DNA of 32,000 nt, taken from assembly GCF_000723185.1 (NCBI RefSeq), contig NZ_CBTY010000011.1, positions 7,403-39,402 on the forward strand, read 5' to 3'. Positions 16,731 to 25,454 of the stretch are shown one piece after another. The notes below the pieces were generated by a model. It saw nothing but the letters and a program-made list of their open reading frames with translations, did no database searches and was not told the origin of the DNA. The position numbers and the translations under genes were made by a program. The stretch's first letter is position 1. Each line of letters opens with the position of its first letter. Source of the DNA: Candidatus Nitrosotenuis uzonensis (GTDB lineage Archaea; Thermoproteota; Nitrososphaeria; Nitrososphaerales; Nitrosopumilaceae).

Positions 16731-17051
16731 ATGCTCATGTTCGCAGGCCCCAAGAGAACCTTTGAAGACTTTAAAAGGCAACTAAATCCACATGTGCTCC
16801 CTGCATTTGAGGAGCTTCGCTCATTCTGCCTATCTCTTGCAAACACGGTAGAAGATGTGCGTGCCCACAGAATTGTGTTCGGCAAGTCGCTTACCTTCAG
16901 ATGGTTTGTGGACATGGAGCCTGGAGCAAATTCCATAATAATCAAGATTCAAAGAGACCGAAAAGAACCGTTCAAAACTATCACCGTTATGCTCGATAGT
17001 CTGGACGAGATAAAATCGCAGATACGAGAGGCTCATCAAAACATTCGCTAG
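16731..17051 (+). CDS. Hypothetical protein (106 aa)
   Basis: ATG start with the A/T box aatatatta upstream. The segment LPAFEELRSFCLSLANTVEDVRAHRIVFGKSLTFRWFVDME..IIIKIQ loosely resembles small domains of unknown function seen in restriction-associated proteins. This is not verifiable by eye. Confidence 0.55.
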   Translation: MLMFAGPKRTFEDFKRQLNPHVLPAFEELRSFCLSLANTVEDVRAHRIVFGKSLTFRWFVDMEPGANSIIIKIQRDRKEPFKTITVMLDSLDEIKSQIREAHQNIR

Positions 17052-17326
17052 TACAAGACCTCAAACTTTGAGAACTCTTCCTTGTATTTTTCGTTCCTAA
17101 TCTCCACATCCTCTACGCGAGCATTTGCCGGCCCTGCATGACACCACTCCACCACGCGGCTGACGTTGAGATCCTCACCTTCCATTACCGCCTCCACCCT
17201 GCCGTCCTTTAGGTTCTTGACCCAGCCGAACACGCCGTTCTTTGTGGCCATCACCTTCATTGCCTGGCGGAAAAACACGCCCTGTACCTTACCGGTAATG
17301 AATACGTGCACGCGTTGCTTTGTCAT
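17048..17326 (-). CDS. acyP: Acylphosphatase
   Basis: 92 aa. VHVFITGKVQGVFFRQ..GWVKNLKDGRVEAVMEG is the acylphosphatase signature. Confidence 0.9.
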   Translation of the reverse strand: MTKQRVHVFITGKVQGVFFRQAMKVMATKNGVFGWVKNLKDGRVEAVMEGEDLNVSRVVEWCHAGPANARVEDVEIRNEKYKEEFSKFEVLY

Positions 17327-17365
17327 TTGAAAAAACTAAATTTTTGATGTTAATAAATTTGGATA

Positions 17366-18097
17366 TTAAGCTCTTTCCTTTACTCTTGCGCGTCCTGTCT
17401 TTCTTGCAGCTATGCTGCCGACCTTTGCTCCAGGCGGTGCATTCCTTGATACCGTTCCGCCACCTCCCATGTGCTGGTGTCGTCCTCCTCCGTGCGGATG
17501 CACATAAGCTGCCTGTGCCACACCCCTCACTATTGGGTATTTGCGCCCCTTTGATCTGTAGCGTCGCCACTTGTTTCCTGCGTTAAGGAAGGGTCTTTCC
17601 GATGTTCCCCCTCCAGCCAGAATGCCTATCATTGCCCTGTTCTTTGGGTTCAGGGTGGTAAAGCTTCCAGACGGCAGCTTTAGTATTACGCCGTCCACAT
17701 TGTGCGAGAACACGGTTGCCGAGCTTCCAGCCGTCTTTGCAATGGAGCCACCGTCGCCAAAGTGCTTTTCGATGTTGCACACTACAGTCCCGTCAGGAAT
17801 GTTCTGAATGCTGATGACGTTGCCGTTTGCAATGCCTGCATTAAGTCCAAACTTTATGGTAGAGCCTATCTTGGTGCCCAAAACTGCAGGAATTCTAGAG
17901 ATAGAGCCGTCCTCGAACCTTACTTTTGCCAGCGGTGCGTCGCGACCCCTCTCGTGAACTAGGTCGATCACGGTGCCGGTGTGCTCTTCTGAAAGCTCAA
18001 AGTACGGGTATTTGGCAGGCGCCTGCTTTCCAGTGACTGTTGCGCGGAACTGCATGCCTCCACGGCCACGTCTTCTGACTAGCGGTCGCTTACCCAT
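17366..18097 (-). CDS. rpl2: 50S ribosomal protein uL2 (L2P)
   Basis: 243 aa with MGKRPLVRRRGRGG..., YVHPHGGGRHQH and a basic C-terminus. A/T box ttaaaatc about 27 nt upstream. Confidence 0.95.
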   Translation of the reverse strand: MGKRPLVRRRGRGGMQFRATVTGKQAPAKYPYFELSEEHTGTVIDLVHERGRDAPLAKVRFEDGSISRIPAVLGTKIGSTIKFGLNAGIANGNVISIQNIPDGTVVCNIEKHFGDGGSIAKTAGSSATVFSHNVDGVILKLPSGSFTTLNPKNRAMIGILAGGGTSERPFLNAGNKWRRYRSKGRKYPIVRGVAQAAYVHPHGGGRHQHMGGGGTVSRNAPPGAKVGSIAARKTGRARVKERA

Positions 18098-18185
18098 TTC
18101 GATGATGGTTTTGCATTAAGATTTTAAGCTTTGTTTTGTTTGTGTACAAATACCTCCAAAAATATAAAAAATACGCTGAACTGGT

Positions 18186-20396
18186 ATGAATATGAGCCAA
18201 AACGTTCTTTCACTCAAAGTTTTAGAGGCATACACCCGGGACGTAGGCCGCGGTGTTGCCAGAATTGATTATGATTCCATGGATACACTAAACGCATCAA
18301 CAGGCGATGTAATTGAGATAAAGGGAAAGCGCAGAACCGTTGCAAAATGCCTCCCACTTTACCCCTCCGATGAAGGAAAGGGAATCATAAGGATCGACGG
18401 ACTTGGAAGGAACAACGCAGGCATTGCAATAGGCGATACCATATCAGTAAGAAAGATCAAGGCAGTGGCGGCAGAAAAGGTAGTGGTAGCTCCTCTTGAG
18501 GCAATACCGCCGATTGATGAGAGATATCTTGCTGATGCACTTGAAAGCGTTCCTCTCATAAAGGGAGATAATGTCATGGTGCCGTACTTTGGAGGCAGGC
18601 TCACATTTCAGGTAATCGGTGTCACGCCAGCAGCGGACGCAGTACTAGTTACACAAAAGACAGTATTCCACATAGCAGAAAAGGGCGAGACCCTAAGGGG
18701 AGTACCTCAGGTAACATACGAGGACATAGGCGGACTCACAGACGAGATAAAAAAAGTAAGAGAGATGATAGAGCTTCCACTCAGACATCCAGAGATATTT
18801 GAAAAGCTCGGCGTAGAGGCACCCAAGGGTGTGCTACTGTATGGTCCTCCAGGTACAGGCAAGACGCTTCTTGCCAAGGCAGTTGCAAACGAGAGCAATG
18901 CACACTTTATCAGCATATCAGGACCGGAGATAATGTCAAAGTTTTACGGAGAGAGCGAGGCACGCCTCAGGGAGATATTCAAGGAGGCAAGGGAAAAGGC
19001 CCCGTCAATTATCTTTGTAGATGAGATCGATTCGATTGCGCCAAAAAGAGAGGAGGTAACAGGAGAGGTGGAGCGACGTGTGGTATCACAAATGCTCTCA
19101 CTGATGGACGGACTTGAAGCAAGGGGCAAGGTAATAGTTATTGCAGCTACTAACAGGCCAAACGCAATTGATCCTGCGCTAAGAAGGCCAGGCAGATTTG
19201 ACAGGGAAATTGAGATCAAGGTACCAGACAAGAAGGGTAGAAAGGACATACTGAACATACACACAAGAAACATGCCTCTTGTCACAGACGAGAACGACAC
19301 AGGCTATGTCGATATCGACAGGATTGCATCAGTGAGCCACGGTTACGTCGGAGCTGATCTAGAGTATCTGTGCAAAGAGGCCGCAATGAAGTGCCTTCGA
19401 AGATTACTTCCAGAGCTCAACATGGAAGATGAAAAGCTGCCGCCGGAAACACTTGACAAGCTAATAGTAAACAACGATGACTTTCAAAAGGCCCTCATAG
19501 AGGTCACCCCGTCTGGAATGCGCGAGGTATTCATAGAGAACCCCGACGTCCACTGGAACGAGATAGGCGGCCTGCAGGAAGTAAAGCAGCAGTTGCAGGA
19601 AGCAGTTGAATGGCCCATGAAATATCCTGCATTGTACGCAAGGCTAGGACATAGGATGCCCAGAGGAATTCTTTTGCACGGCCCAAGCGGAGTTGGAAAG
19701 ACTCTTCTTGCCAAGGCAGTTGCAACAGAGAGCGAGGCAAACTTTGTCTCAGTTAGAGGACCTGAGCTCCTATCAAAATGGGTGGGAGAATCAGAGCGCG
19801 GAATAAGGGAGATCTTCAGGCGTGCAAGACAGGCATCACCGTGTGTGATATTCTTCGATGAGATAGACTCTATTGCACCCATCAGGGGCGCAGGAGCAGA
19901 GACTGCCGTCACCGAAAGGGTGGTAAGTCAGCTTCTCACAGAGCTTGACGGAATGGAAAATCTGCATGGTGTCATAGTGCTGGCCGCAACGAACAGAGCC
20001 GACATGATAGACCCAGCGCTTCTCAGACCAGGCAGGTTTGATAAGATAATCCAGATCCCACTTCCAGATAAGGAAAGCAGAAGGCAGATACTAGAGATAA
20101 CGACAAAAGCTATACCTGCGGTTACTGAAAAGAGCGATATCGACTATGTCAACTTGGACAAGATATCTGATATGACCGACGGAATGAGCGGGGCTGATGT
20201 TGCAGCGATTGCAAACACCGCAGTTTCCATAGTAATTCATGAATACCTGGACAAGCACCCGACAAAGGAAGAGCTTGAAAAGTCATCTAGCAGCGCAAGG
20301 GTGACTATGAAGCATTTTGAGGAAGCAGTAAAGAAGGTAAGGGCGCAAAAGGACCTCAAGATAGGCCAAAAGATAGCCGTTCCATACTACAGATAA
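18186..20396 (+). CDS. cdc48: CDC48/VCP-type AAA+ ATPase (two AAA domains)
   Basis: 736 aa with the N-domain ([29 protein letters not shown]), D1 Walker A/B ([16 protein letters not shown]) and D2 Walker A/B ([16 protein letters not shown]). Confidence 0.95.
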   Translation: MNMSQNVLSLKVLEAYTRDVGRGVARIDYDSMDTLNASTGDVIEIKGKRRTVAKCLPLYPSDEGKGIIRIDGLGRNNAGIAIGDTISVRKIKAVAAEKVVVAPLEAIPPIDERYLADALESVPLIKGDNVMVPYFGGRLTFQVIGVTPAADAVLVTQKTVFHIAEKGETLRGVPQVTYEDIGGLTDEIKKVREMIELPLRHPEIFEKLGVEAPKGVLLYGPPGTGKTLLAKAVANESNAHFISISGPEIMSKFYGESEARLREIFKEAREKAPSIIFVDEIDSIAPKREEVTGEVERRVVSQMLSLMDGLEARGKVIVIAATNRPNAIDPALRRPGRFDREIEIKVPDKKGRKDILNIHTRNMPLVTDENDTGYVDIDRIASVSHGYVGADLEYLCKEAAMKCLRRLLPELNMEDEKLPPETLDKLIVNNDDFQKALIEVTPSGMREVFIENPDVHWNEIGGLQEVKQQLQEAVEWPMKYPALYARLGHRMPRGILLHGPSGVGKTLLAKAVATESEANFVSVRGPELLSKWVGESERGIREIFRRARQASPCVIFFDEIDSIAPIRGAGAETAVTERVVSQLLTELDGMENLHGVIVLAATNRADMIDPALLRPGRFDKIIQIPLPDKESRRQILEITTKAIPAVTEKSDIDYVNLDKISDMTDGMSGADVAAIANTAVSIVIHEYLDKHPTKEELEKSSSSARVTMKHFEEAVKKVRAQKDLKIGQKIAVPYYR

Positions 20397-20401
20397 TCTC
20401 A

Positions 20402-20426
20402 GGCCCGATCACCACATGATCGGCCC
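20402..20426 (+). terminator. Hairpin 6 nt after the cdc48 stop; possible terminator element
   Basis: ggcccgatca-ccaca-tgatcggccc forms a 7-bp perfect stem plus 2 further pairs beyond one mismatch. A T-run ttgttttt lies further downstream at about 20453-20460. Its function is inferred. Confidence 0.3.
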
Positions 20427-20466
20427 ACAGATAATTTTAAACAACACCGAACTTGTTTTTGTGTAA

Positions 20467-21744
20467 ATGTCAGAGTATAGAGGCTACCATGGCCGCGCCC
20501 TACAGTTTCTAAAGGAGAACAACATCAGTGTGGGTGACACAGTCACCATAACGACTGATTCTGAGCATATTGCAACTATAATGCCTAGATACGAGCATAG
20601 TGATGACTTGCACATTGTTGTCAAACTCAAAAGCGGCTACAACGTCGGCCTTGAGCTTGACAAGATAAAAAAAATCAAGTTCGTTTCATCCACCCCAGCT
20701 GCTATGGTAGAGCAGAGCTCACCGCAGCAGGACCCGTCCCTGCCAAAGATTTTGCTGCTATCCACTGGCGGAACAATAGCAAGCAGGGTAGACTATAGAA
20801 CAGGCAGTGTTACACCCGCACTTTCCGCGCAAGAGCTTAACGCGTCAGTACCGGAGCTTTCCAGCATTGCCAACATCGATGCAGAGGTACTATTCTCAGA
20901 GTATTCGGAGAACATAACTCCGGAACACTGGATAAAGACTGCTTGCAAGCTTGACTCGTATGCAGACTCCGAGTATGCAGGAATCATAGTAGCGCACGGG
21001 ACAGACACCATGCAGTATACTGCAGCCTTTCTTTCCTTCTCGCTTGCAGGGTTCCCAAAGCCCATAGTACTAGTAGGCTCGCAGAGATCATCAGATAGGC
21101 CATCATCTGATGCCGCACTGAATCTTATTGCGGCAGCTAGGTTCATTGCACAGCTGAGGACTCCGGGCGTCTTTGTTGCCATGCACAATAGCCTCTCTGA
21201 TGACGATGTTGCCTGCCACCTTGGAACTCGTGTGCGCAAAAACCACACGAGTCGAAGGGACGCATTTGAGACAGTCGGCGCCCCCCCTGCATTCATAGTA
21301 ACGCAAAGCGATATTATCAGCAACCTCAAATCCCCGTATTTTGCCAAAAACAAGTATACTCCAAAGATCACAGTAGACACATCGGTTGTGCTGGTAAAGT
21401 ACCACCCAGGATACGAGCCGCAAAATCTTGACTACACCATAGAGCGAGGATGCAAGGCGATAATCTTTGAGGGAACAGGCCTAGGACATGTAGGCAAGTC
21501 AATGTACGAAATAGTAAGGAAGGCAAGACAAAAGGAGATCTTTGTAGGCATGACATCTCAGTGCATAGACGGTAGGGTGAATATGGCAGTGTACGAGAGC
21601 GGCAGGGACCTTCTTAATATTGGCATAGTGCCTCTTGCCGACATGCTTCCCGAGGTGGCATTGGTAAAGGCTATGTGGGCTGCAGGACAGGGCTCGATAA
21701 AAGAGATCATGACAAGAAAGATTGCCTCCGAGTTCACAGAATGA
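20467..21744 (+). CDS. gatD: Glutamyl-tRNA(Gln) amidotransferase subunit D
   Basis: 425 aa with asparaginase-type motifs LLLSTGGTIAS and IIVAHGTDTM. gatE is immediately downstream. Confidence 0.9.
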   Translation: MSEYRGYHGRALQFLKENNISVGDTVTITTDSEHIATIMPRYEHSDDLHIVVKLKSGYNVGLELDKIKKIKFVSSTPAAMVEQSSPQQDPSLPKILLLSTGGTIASRVDYRTGSVTPALSAQELNASVPELSSIANIDAEVLFSEYSENITPEHWIKTACKLDSYADSEYAGIIVAHGTDTMQYTAAFLSFSLAGFPKPIVLVGSQRSSDRPSSDAALNLIAAARFIAQLRTPGVFVAMHNSLSDDDVACHLGTRVRKNHTSRRDAFETVGAPPAFIVTQSDIISNLKSPYFAKNKYTPKITVDTSVVLVKYHPGYEPQNLDYTIERGCKAIIFEGTGLGHVGKSMYEIVRKARQKEIFVGMTSQCIDGRVNMAVYESGRDLLNIGIVPLADMLPEVALVKAMWAAGQGSIKEIMTRKIASEFTE

Positions 21745-21765
21745 GATTTAAGACAAGCAGACCAG

Positions 21766-23670
21766 ATGAGCAACGTGTCAGCAGACCTAGAAAAAATAGG
21801 ACTCTTGGTAGGACTGGAAATACACCAGCAGCTTGCGACAAACAAAAAACTGTTCTGCAGGTGTCCTCAGCTTGAAACGGACGAATATCCAATACAGTTC
21901 ACAAGGAGGCTGAGGCTGGCAAAAAGCGAGCTTGGCAAGTATGATCCTGCCGCTGTCTTTGAGTCATCAAAGTCAAAGATCATAAAATATAATGCAAATC
22001 CCAAGAGCAGCTGTCTTGTCGAGTATGATGATGAACCGCCGCACTCACTTGATAGCGATGCAAAGGCAACTGCCCTGATAATCGCATCAGCTCTTCACTC
22101 CTCAATATTTAACGAATCATATGTAATGAGAAAGATAGTCATCGACGGCTCCAACACATCAGGGTTCCAGAGAACCATGCTTGTATCCCAGGGAGGATAC
22201 CTGGATGTGGAAGGACAGAATGTCAGCGTGCAGTCAATATGCCTTGAGGAAGATGCAGCAAAGCTGCTCAACGATGCAGAGAATGTACGAGAGTATGCAC
22301 TTGACAGACTAGGCATTCCGCTAGTTGAGATCGCCCTTGCCCCTGTCAGCGGTACGCCTGCGCAGATAAAAAAAATCGCCCTCACACTTGGCAGGCTCCT
22401 TCGGGTTACGCGTCGCGTGGCAAGGGGTATAGGCTCCATCAGGCAGGATGTCAACGTATCAGTAGCAGGCGGTGGCATTGTGGAGGTAAAGGGAGTCCAG
22501 CAGCTTGACCAGCTGGAAAAGGTCATCATGTTTGAGGCAAAAAGGCAGCACGGACTGCAGATTGTTGCCGAAAAGCTCGCACATGTAGACATTGAAAAGA
22601 TATCAAAGGATGGCAACGTCTTTGATCTTTCCGAGTTTTTTACCACCTCAAAATCCAAAATAATACAAAAGTCCCTCAAGGAAGGAGCTTCGATCAAGGC
22701 GCTCAGGACAAGAGGCCTTGCAGGAATGTTCGGCTTTGAGCCATATGAGGGGGTAAGGCTTGGACGAGAGTTGGGCCAGCAGGTACGATTTTTTGGAATA
22801 GGAGGGATCTTTCATTCTGATGAGCTGCCAAACTATGGAATAGAATCTGCCGATGTGGAAAAAATCAGAGAAAAGCTAGAGCTTGGCAAAGACGACGGAT
22901 TTCTGATAATTGCAGGAACAAATGAGAAGATTGACTTTGCAATCGATGCCATCATCAACAGGATAAAAGACGCAAAGAATGGAGTTCCAGCAGAGACGCG
23001 CGCTGCCACTCCAACAGGTGAGACTGTGTTCTTGAGGCCGCGGCCCGGATCCTCAAGGATGTACCCGGAGACTGACATACCGCCTGTCATTACCAGCAAC
23101 GAAGAGTTAGAGTTTGCAAGGGCAAACACTCCGATCTCGTGGGACGAGACAATAGCAATGCTGCAAAAAAAATATGAGCTTAACGCGCAGCTCGCAGAGC
23201 AGATATTTGATTCCGATTATCTTGATCTTTTCGAGTCCATATGTGCAGACAAGAAGAACAACCCCAATTTTGTAGCATCGGTTCTGTGCTCTACGATAAC
23301 AAATCTGGAGCGAAGGGGTCTTGATGCTTCACTACTCAAGCCAGAGCAGATAGCAGAATCATTTCAGATGCTCTCTGAGCAAAAGATTGCAAAAGAATCA
23401 CTTGAGATAATTTACGAATACATAATGTCAGGCAAAATAAAAACAGTACAAGAGTACATCCAAAAATATCTGCATGATGTGAATGATTCCGAGCTTGAGG
23501 AATTCATAGGCAAGATCGTATCAGAGAATGTAAATGCAATAAAGTCTCAAGGAGAGCGCGCAAGTGGTATGCTGATGGGTATGGCAATGAAATCGCTGAG
23601 GGGCAAGGTCTCTGGCGAAAAAATCAACAAGATATTGACAATAAAAATTAGAGAAATAATAGATAGTTAA
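21766..23670 (+). CDS. gatE: Glutamyl-tRNA(Gln) amidotransferase subunit E
   Basis: 634 aa with a GatB/E core (VGLEIHQQL.., SGFQRTMLV, RQDVNVSV) and the archaeal-specific length. Its start is 21 nt after the gatD stop. Confidence 0.9.
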   Translation: MSNVSADLEKIGLLVGLEIHQQLATNKKLFCRCPQLETDEYPIQFTRRLRLAKSELGKYDPAAVFESSKSKIIKYNANPKSSCLVEYDDEPPHSLDSDAKATALIIASALHSSIFNESYVMRKIVIDGSNTSGFQRTMLVSQGGYLDVEGQNVSVQSICLEEDAAKLLNDAENVREYALDRLGIPLVEIALAPVSGTPAQIKKIALTLGRLLRVTRRVARGIGSIRQDVNVSVAGGGIVEVKGVQQLDQLEKVIMFEAKRQHGLQIVAEKLAHVDIEKISKDGNVFDLSEFFTTSKSKIIQKSLKEGASIKALRTRGLAGMFGFEPYEGVRLGRELGQQVRFFGIGGIFHSDELPNYGIESADVEKIREKLELGKDDGFLIIAGTNEKIDFAIDAIINRIKDAKNGVPAETRAATPTGETVFLRPRPGSSRMYPETDIPPVITSNEELEFARANTPISWDETIAMLQKKYELNAQLAEQIFDSDYLDLFESICADKKNNPNFVASVLCSTITNLERRGLDASLLKPEQIAESFQMLSEQKIAKESLEIIYEYIMSGKIKTVQEYIQKYLHDVNDSELEEFIGKIVSENVNAIKSQGERASGMLMGMAMKSLRGKVSGEKINKILTIKIREIIDS

Positions 23671-23679
23671 GAAACTAAC

Positions 23680-23934
23680 TTATTCTAGTTTTCTTCTTCC
23701 AGTTCCTCTTCCAGAGGATACATATCGACCCTTTGCTGATGGTCTTGTGGTCTCTGGCGTGTCCTTTAGCTTGCGTTTGCCGGTTCCTCGTCCGGATATT
23801 ACGTATTCATCGCCTGCTTTTTCCTTCATCTGTTTCTGGTATTCCTTGAATTTTTCTCCAGACCAGTTTTCATCTTCAGTGTCTGCTGTTCTTCTTGTTG
23901 TACCTCGCCCACCAACTTTGATGATTTTGCCCAT
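23680..23934 (-). CDS. Small highly basic protein (84 aa) with internal SGRGTGxRKL repeats
   Basis: MGKIIKVGGRGTTRR...EYVISGRGTGKRKLKD...RYVSSGRGTGRRKLE has two near-identical 13-aa repeats plus a degenerate N-terminal copy. ATG start with the A/T box ctttaaacc about 27 nt upstream. Confidence 0.6.
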   Translation of the reverse strand: MGKIIKVGGRGTTRRTADTEDENWSGEKFKEYQKQMKEKAGDEYVISGRGTGKRKLKDTPETTRPSAKGRYVSSGRGTGRRKLE

Positions 23935-23999
23935 TGCACAATAGTATGATACACTATGGTTTAAAGTTGTTCATAATAGTCGATTTGTTTTATGATACG

Positions 24000-24084
24000 T
24001 GCGGGAGGTGGGATTTGAACCCACGAACTCCTAGGAGATAAGGACCTGAACCTTACGCCGTTGACCGGGCTTGGCGACTCCCGC
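24000..24084 (-). tRNA. tRNA-Leu(CAG): tRNA-Leu, anticodon CAG (type II, long variable arm), no encoded CCA
   Basis: Folded by hand from the reverse complement: acceptor GCGGGAG/CUCCCGC, D-arm GCC-AAGCCCGGUCAAC-GGC, anticodon arm UAAGG-UUCAGGU-CCUUA, variable arm CUCC-UA-GGAG, T-arm GUGGG-UUCAAAU-CCCAC and discriminator A. Confidence 0.9.
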
Positions 24085-24168
24085 AATCAAGGTTTTTTGG
24101 AGCCAAAATAAGTTCTTTAGCTTCCTGTCCTGAAAACAGAAAAATAGCCAGTTTTTACACCATGGTGG

Positions 24169-24330
24169 TTGGAGTTCAAGGAGATATACTGCAATAACTG
24201 CAAAAAGACTCTAGGAAAATACAATGTCAAGTATTTTTCCGATGCCAGGATTGCAGAGCTGATAAAATCAAGCCACGGCATGCACTACAGAAGTGGACAC
24301 CAGCTTTTGATACGCAAGGTTACAAAATGA
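24169..24330 (+). CDS. Low-confidence small ORF (53 aa, TTG start), not in the ORF track
   Basis: The frame opens after TAG 24145-24147. It reads (L)EFKEIYCNNCKKTLGKYNVKYFSDARIAELIKSSHGMHYRSGHQLLIRKVTK with a TGA stop at 24328-24330. There is no in-frame ATG. A CxxC and three His are present. Confidence 0.2.
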   Translation: MEFKEIYCNNCKKTLGKYNVKYFSDARIAELIKSSHGMHYRSGHQLLIRKVTK

Positions 24331-24331
24331 C

Positions 24332-25420
24332 TTATTTGAAAGAATCGCGCAGTTTTTGGAGCAGTTCCTTTTGGTGCTTGTCAAGCTTTGTTGGAATCTC
24401 GACCACAAGGCGCACATATTGATCACCTCTTCCCCTCGATCCTACATGGGGCAGGCCCTTGCCCTTTAGCTTGATTATGGCATTAGGCTGGGTTCCCTCC
24501 TCGACCTTGATTTTTTCCGGCTTTTCTAGAGTGGGTACCTCTATGTTTGCCCCAAGGCATGCATCTGCAATGGTAATCTTTGCATCATAAAAGATGTCAG
24601 CTCCGTCTCTTTTGAAGAAAGGGTGTGGTTTTACCCTCACGCGCACGATCAGATCTCCGCTCGAGCCGTCCTGAACGGACTCGCCCTCGCCGCTTATCAC
24701 GTAATCGCCGTTATCTATTCCTGCAGGAACTTCAAATGAGAGATGTTTTGTACCCTTTACCTTTCCTGTCCCTCTGCATTCAGAGCAGGGCTTTGTAATT
24801 ATCTGACCCTGACCCCTGCACTTGCTGCATGGTTGCACGGTCATGAAAGTGGAAAATCCCATGTTTCGCGTTATGCGAATCTGACCCTGACCCCTGCATG
24901 CTGAACATGTTTCTTTTTTTGTCCCTGGTGCGCAGCCGGTTCCCTTGCAGGTATTACAGTCCACGTTTTTTTTCAGCTCAATATCGAGCCTCTTTCCATG
25001 GAAAACATCCTCTAGTGTAAGATCAGCCTCGTACAGAAGATCTTCGCCTCTTCTGCGCGAATAGCCGCCAAATCCGCCCGACCTGCCAAACAGCGACTCG
25101 AAAATAGAGTCGAATCCTCCAAATCCGAAATTTGAGAAAATGTCATCAAAATTGCCCCTTGCTCCCTGGAAGATATCTTCTGTGGAATAGCGGCCTTCAA
25201 GTCCTGCGTGTCCGTATTGGTCGTATACTTTGCGCTTTTCCGGATCCGAGAGAACCGCGTACGCTTCGGATATTTCCTTAAAGTGCTCTGCTGCTTCTGG
25301 CGACTTGTTTCTGTCAGGATGAAACTTGAGCGCCAGTTTCCTATACTGCGACTTTATTGTGTCTGCAGAGTCAGACTTGGAGACGCCTAGCACCTCATAG
25401 TAATCTCGTTTTGCAGACAT
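24332..25420 (-). CDS. dnaJ: Chaperone DnaJ (Hsp40, type I)
   Basis: 362 aa with a J-domain containing HPD (KFHPDRNK), a G/F-rich linker and four CxxCxGxG zinc-finger repeats. Confidence 0.95.
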   Translation of the reverse strand: MSAKRDYYEVLGVSKSDSADTIKSQYRKLALKFHPDRNKSPEAAEHFKEISEAYAVLSDPEKRKVYDQYGHAGLEGRYSTEDIFQGARGNFDDIFSNFGFGGFDSIFESLFGRSGGFGGYSRRRGEDLLYEADLTLEDVFHGKRLDIELKKNVDCNTCKGTGCAPGTKKETCSACRGQGQIRITRNMGFSTFMTVQPCSKCRGQGQIITKPCSECRGTGKVKGTKHLSFEVPAGIDNGDYVISGEGESVQDGSSGDLIVRVRVKPHPFFKRDGADIFYDAKITIADACLGANIEVPTLEKPEKIKVEEGTQPNAIIKLKGKGLPHVGSRGRGDQYVRLVVEIPTKLDKHQKELLQKLRDSFK

Positions 25421-25454
25421 TTCTCATTTTAGCGGATAATCAGCAATAAAATTA

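Noticed and set aside
24801-24898. Perfect 20-nt direct repeat atctgaccctgacccctgca at 24801-24820 and 24879-24898.
   Set aside because: Both copies lie in dnaJ and encode the CRGQGQI part of consecutive CxxCxGxG zinc-finger repeats, 26 codons apart. It is an internal protein repeat, possibly homogenised by gene conversion, and not a mobile or regulatory repeat.
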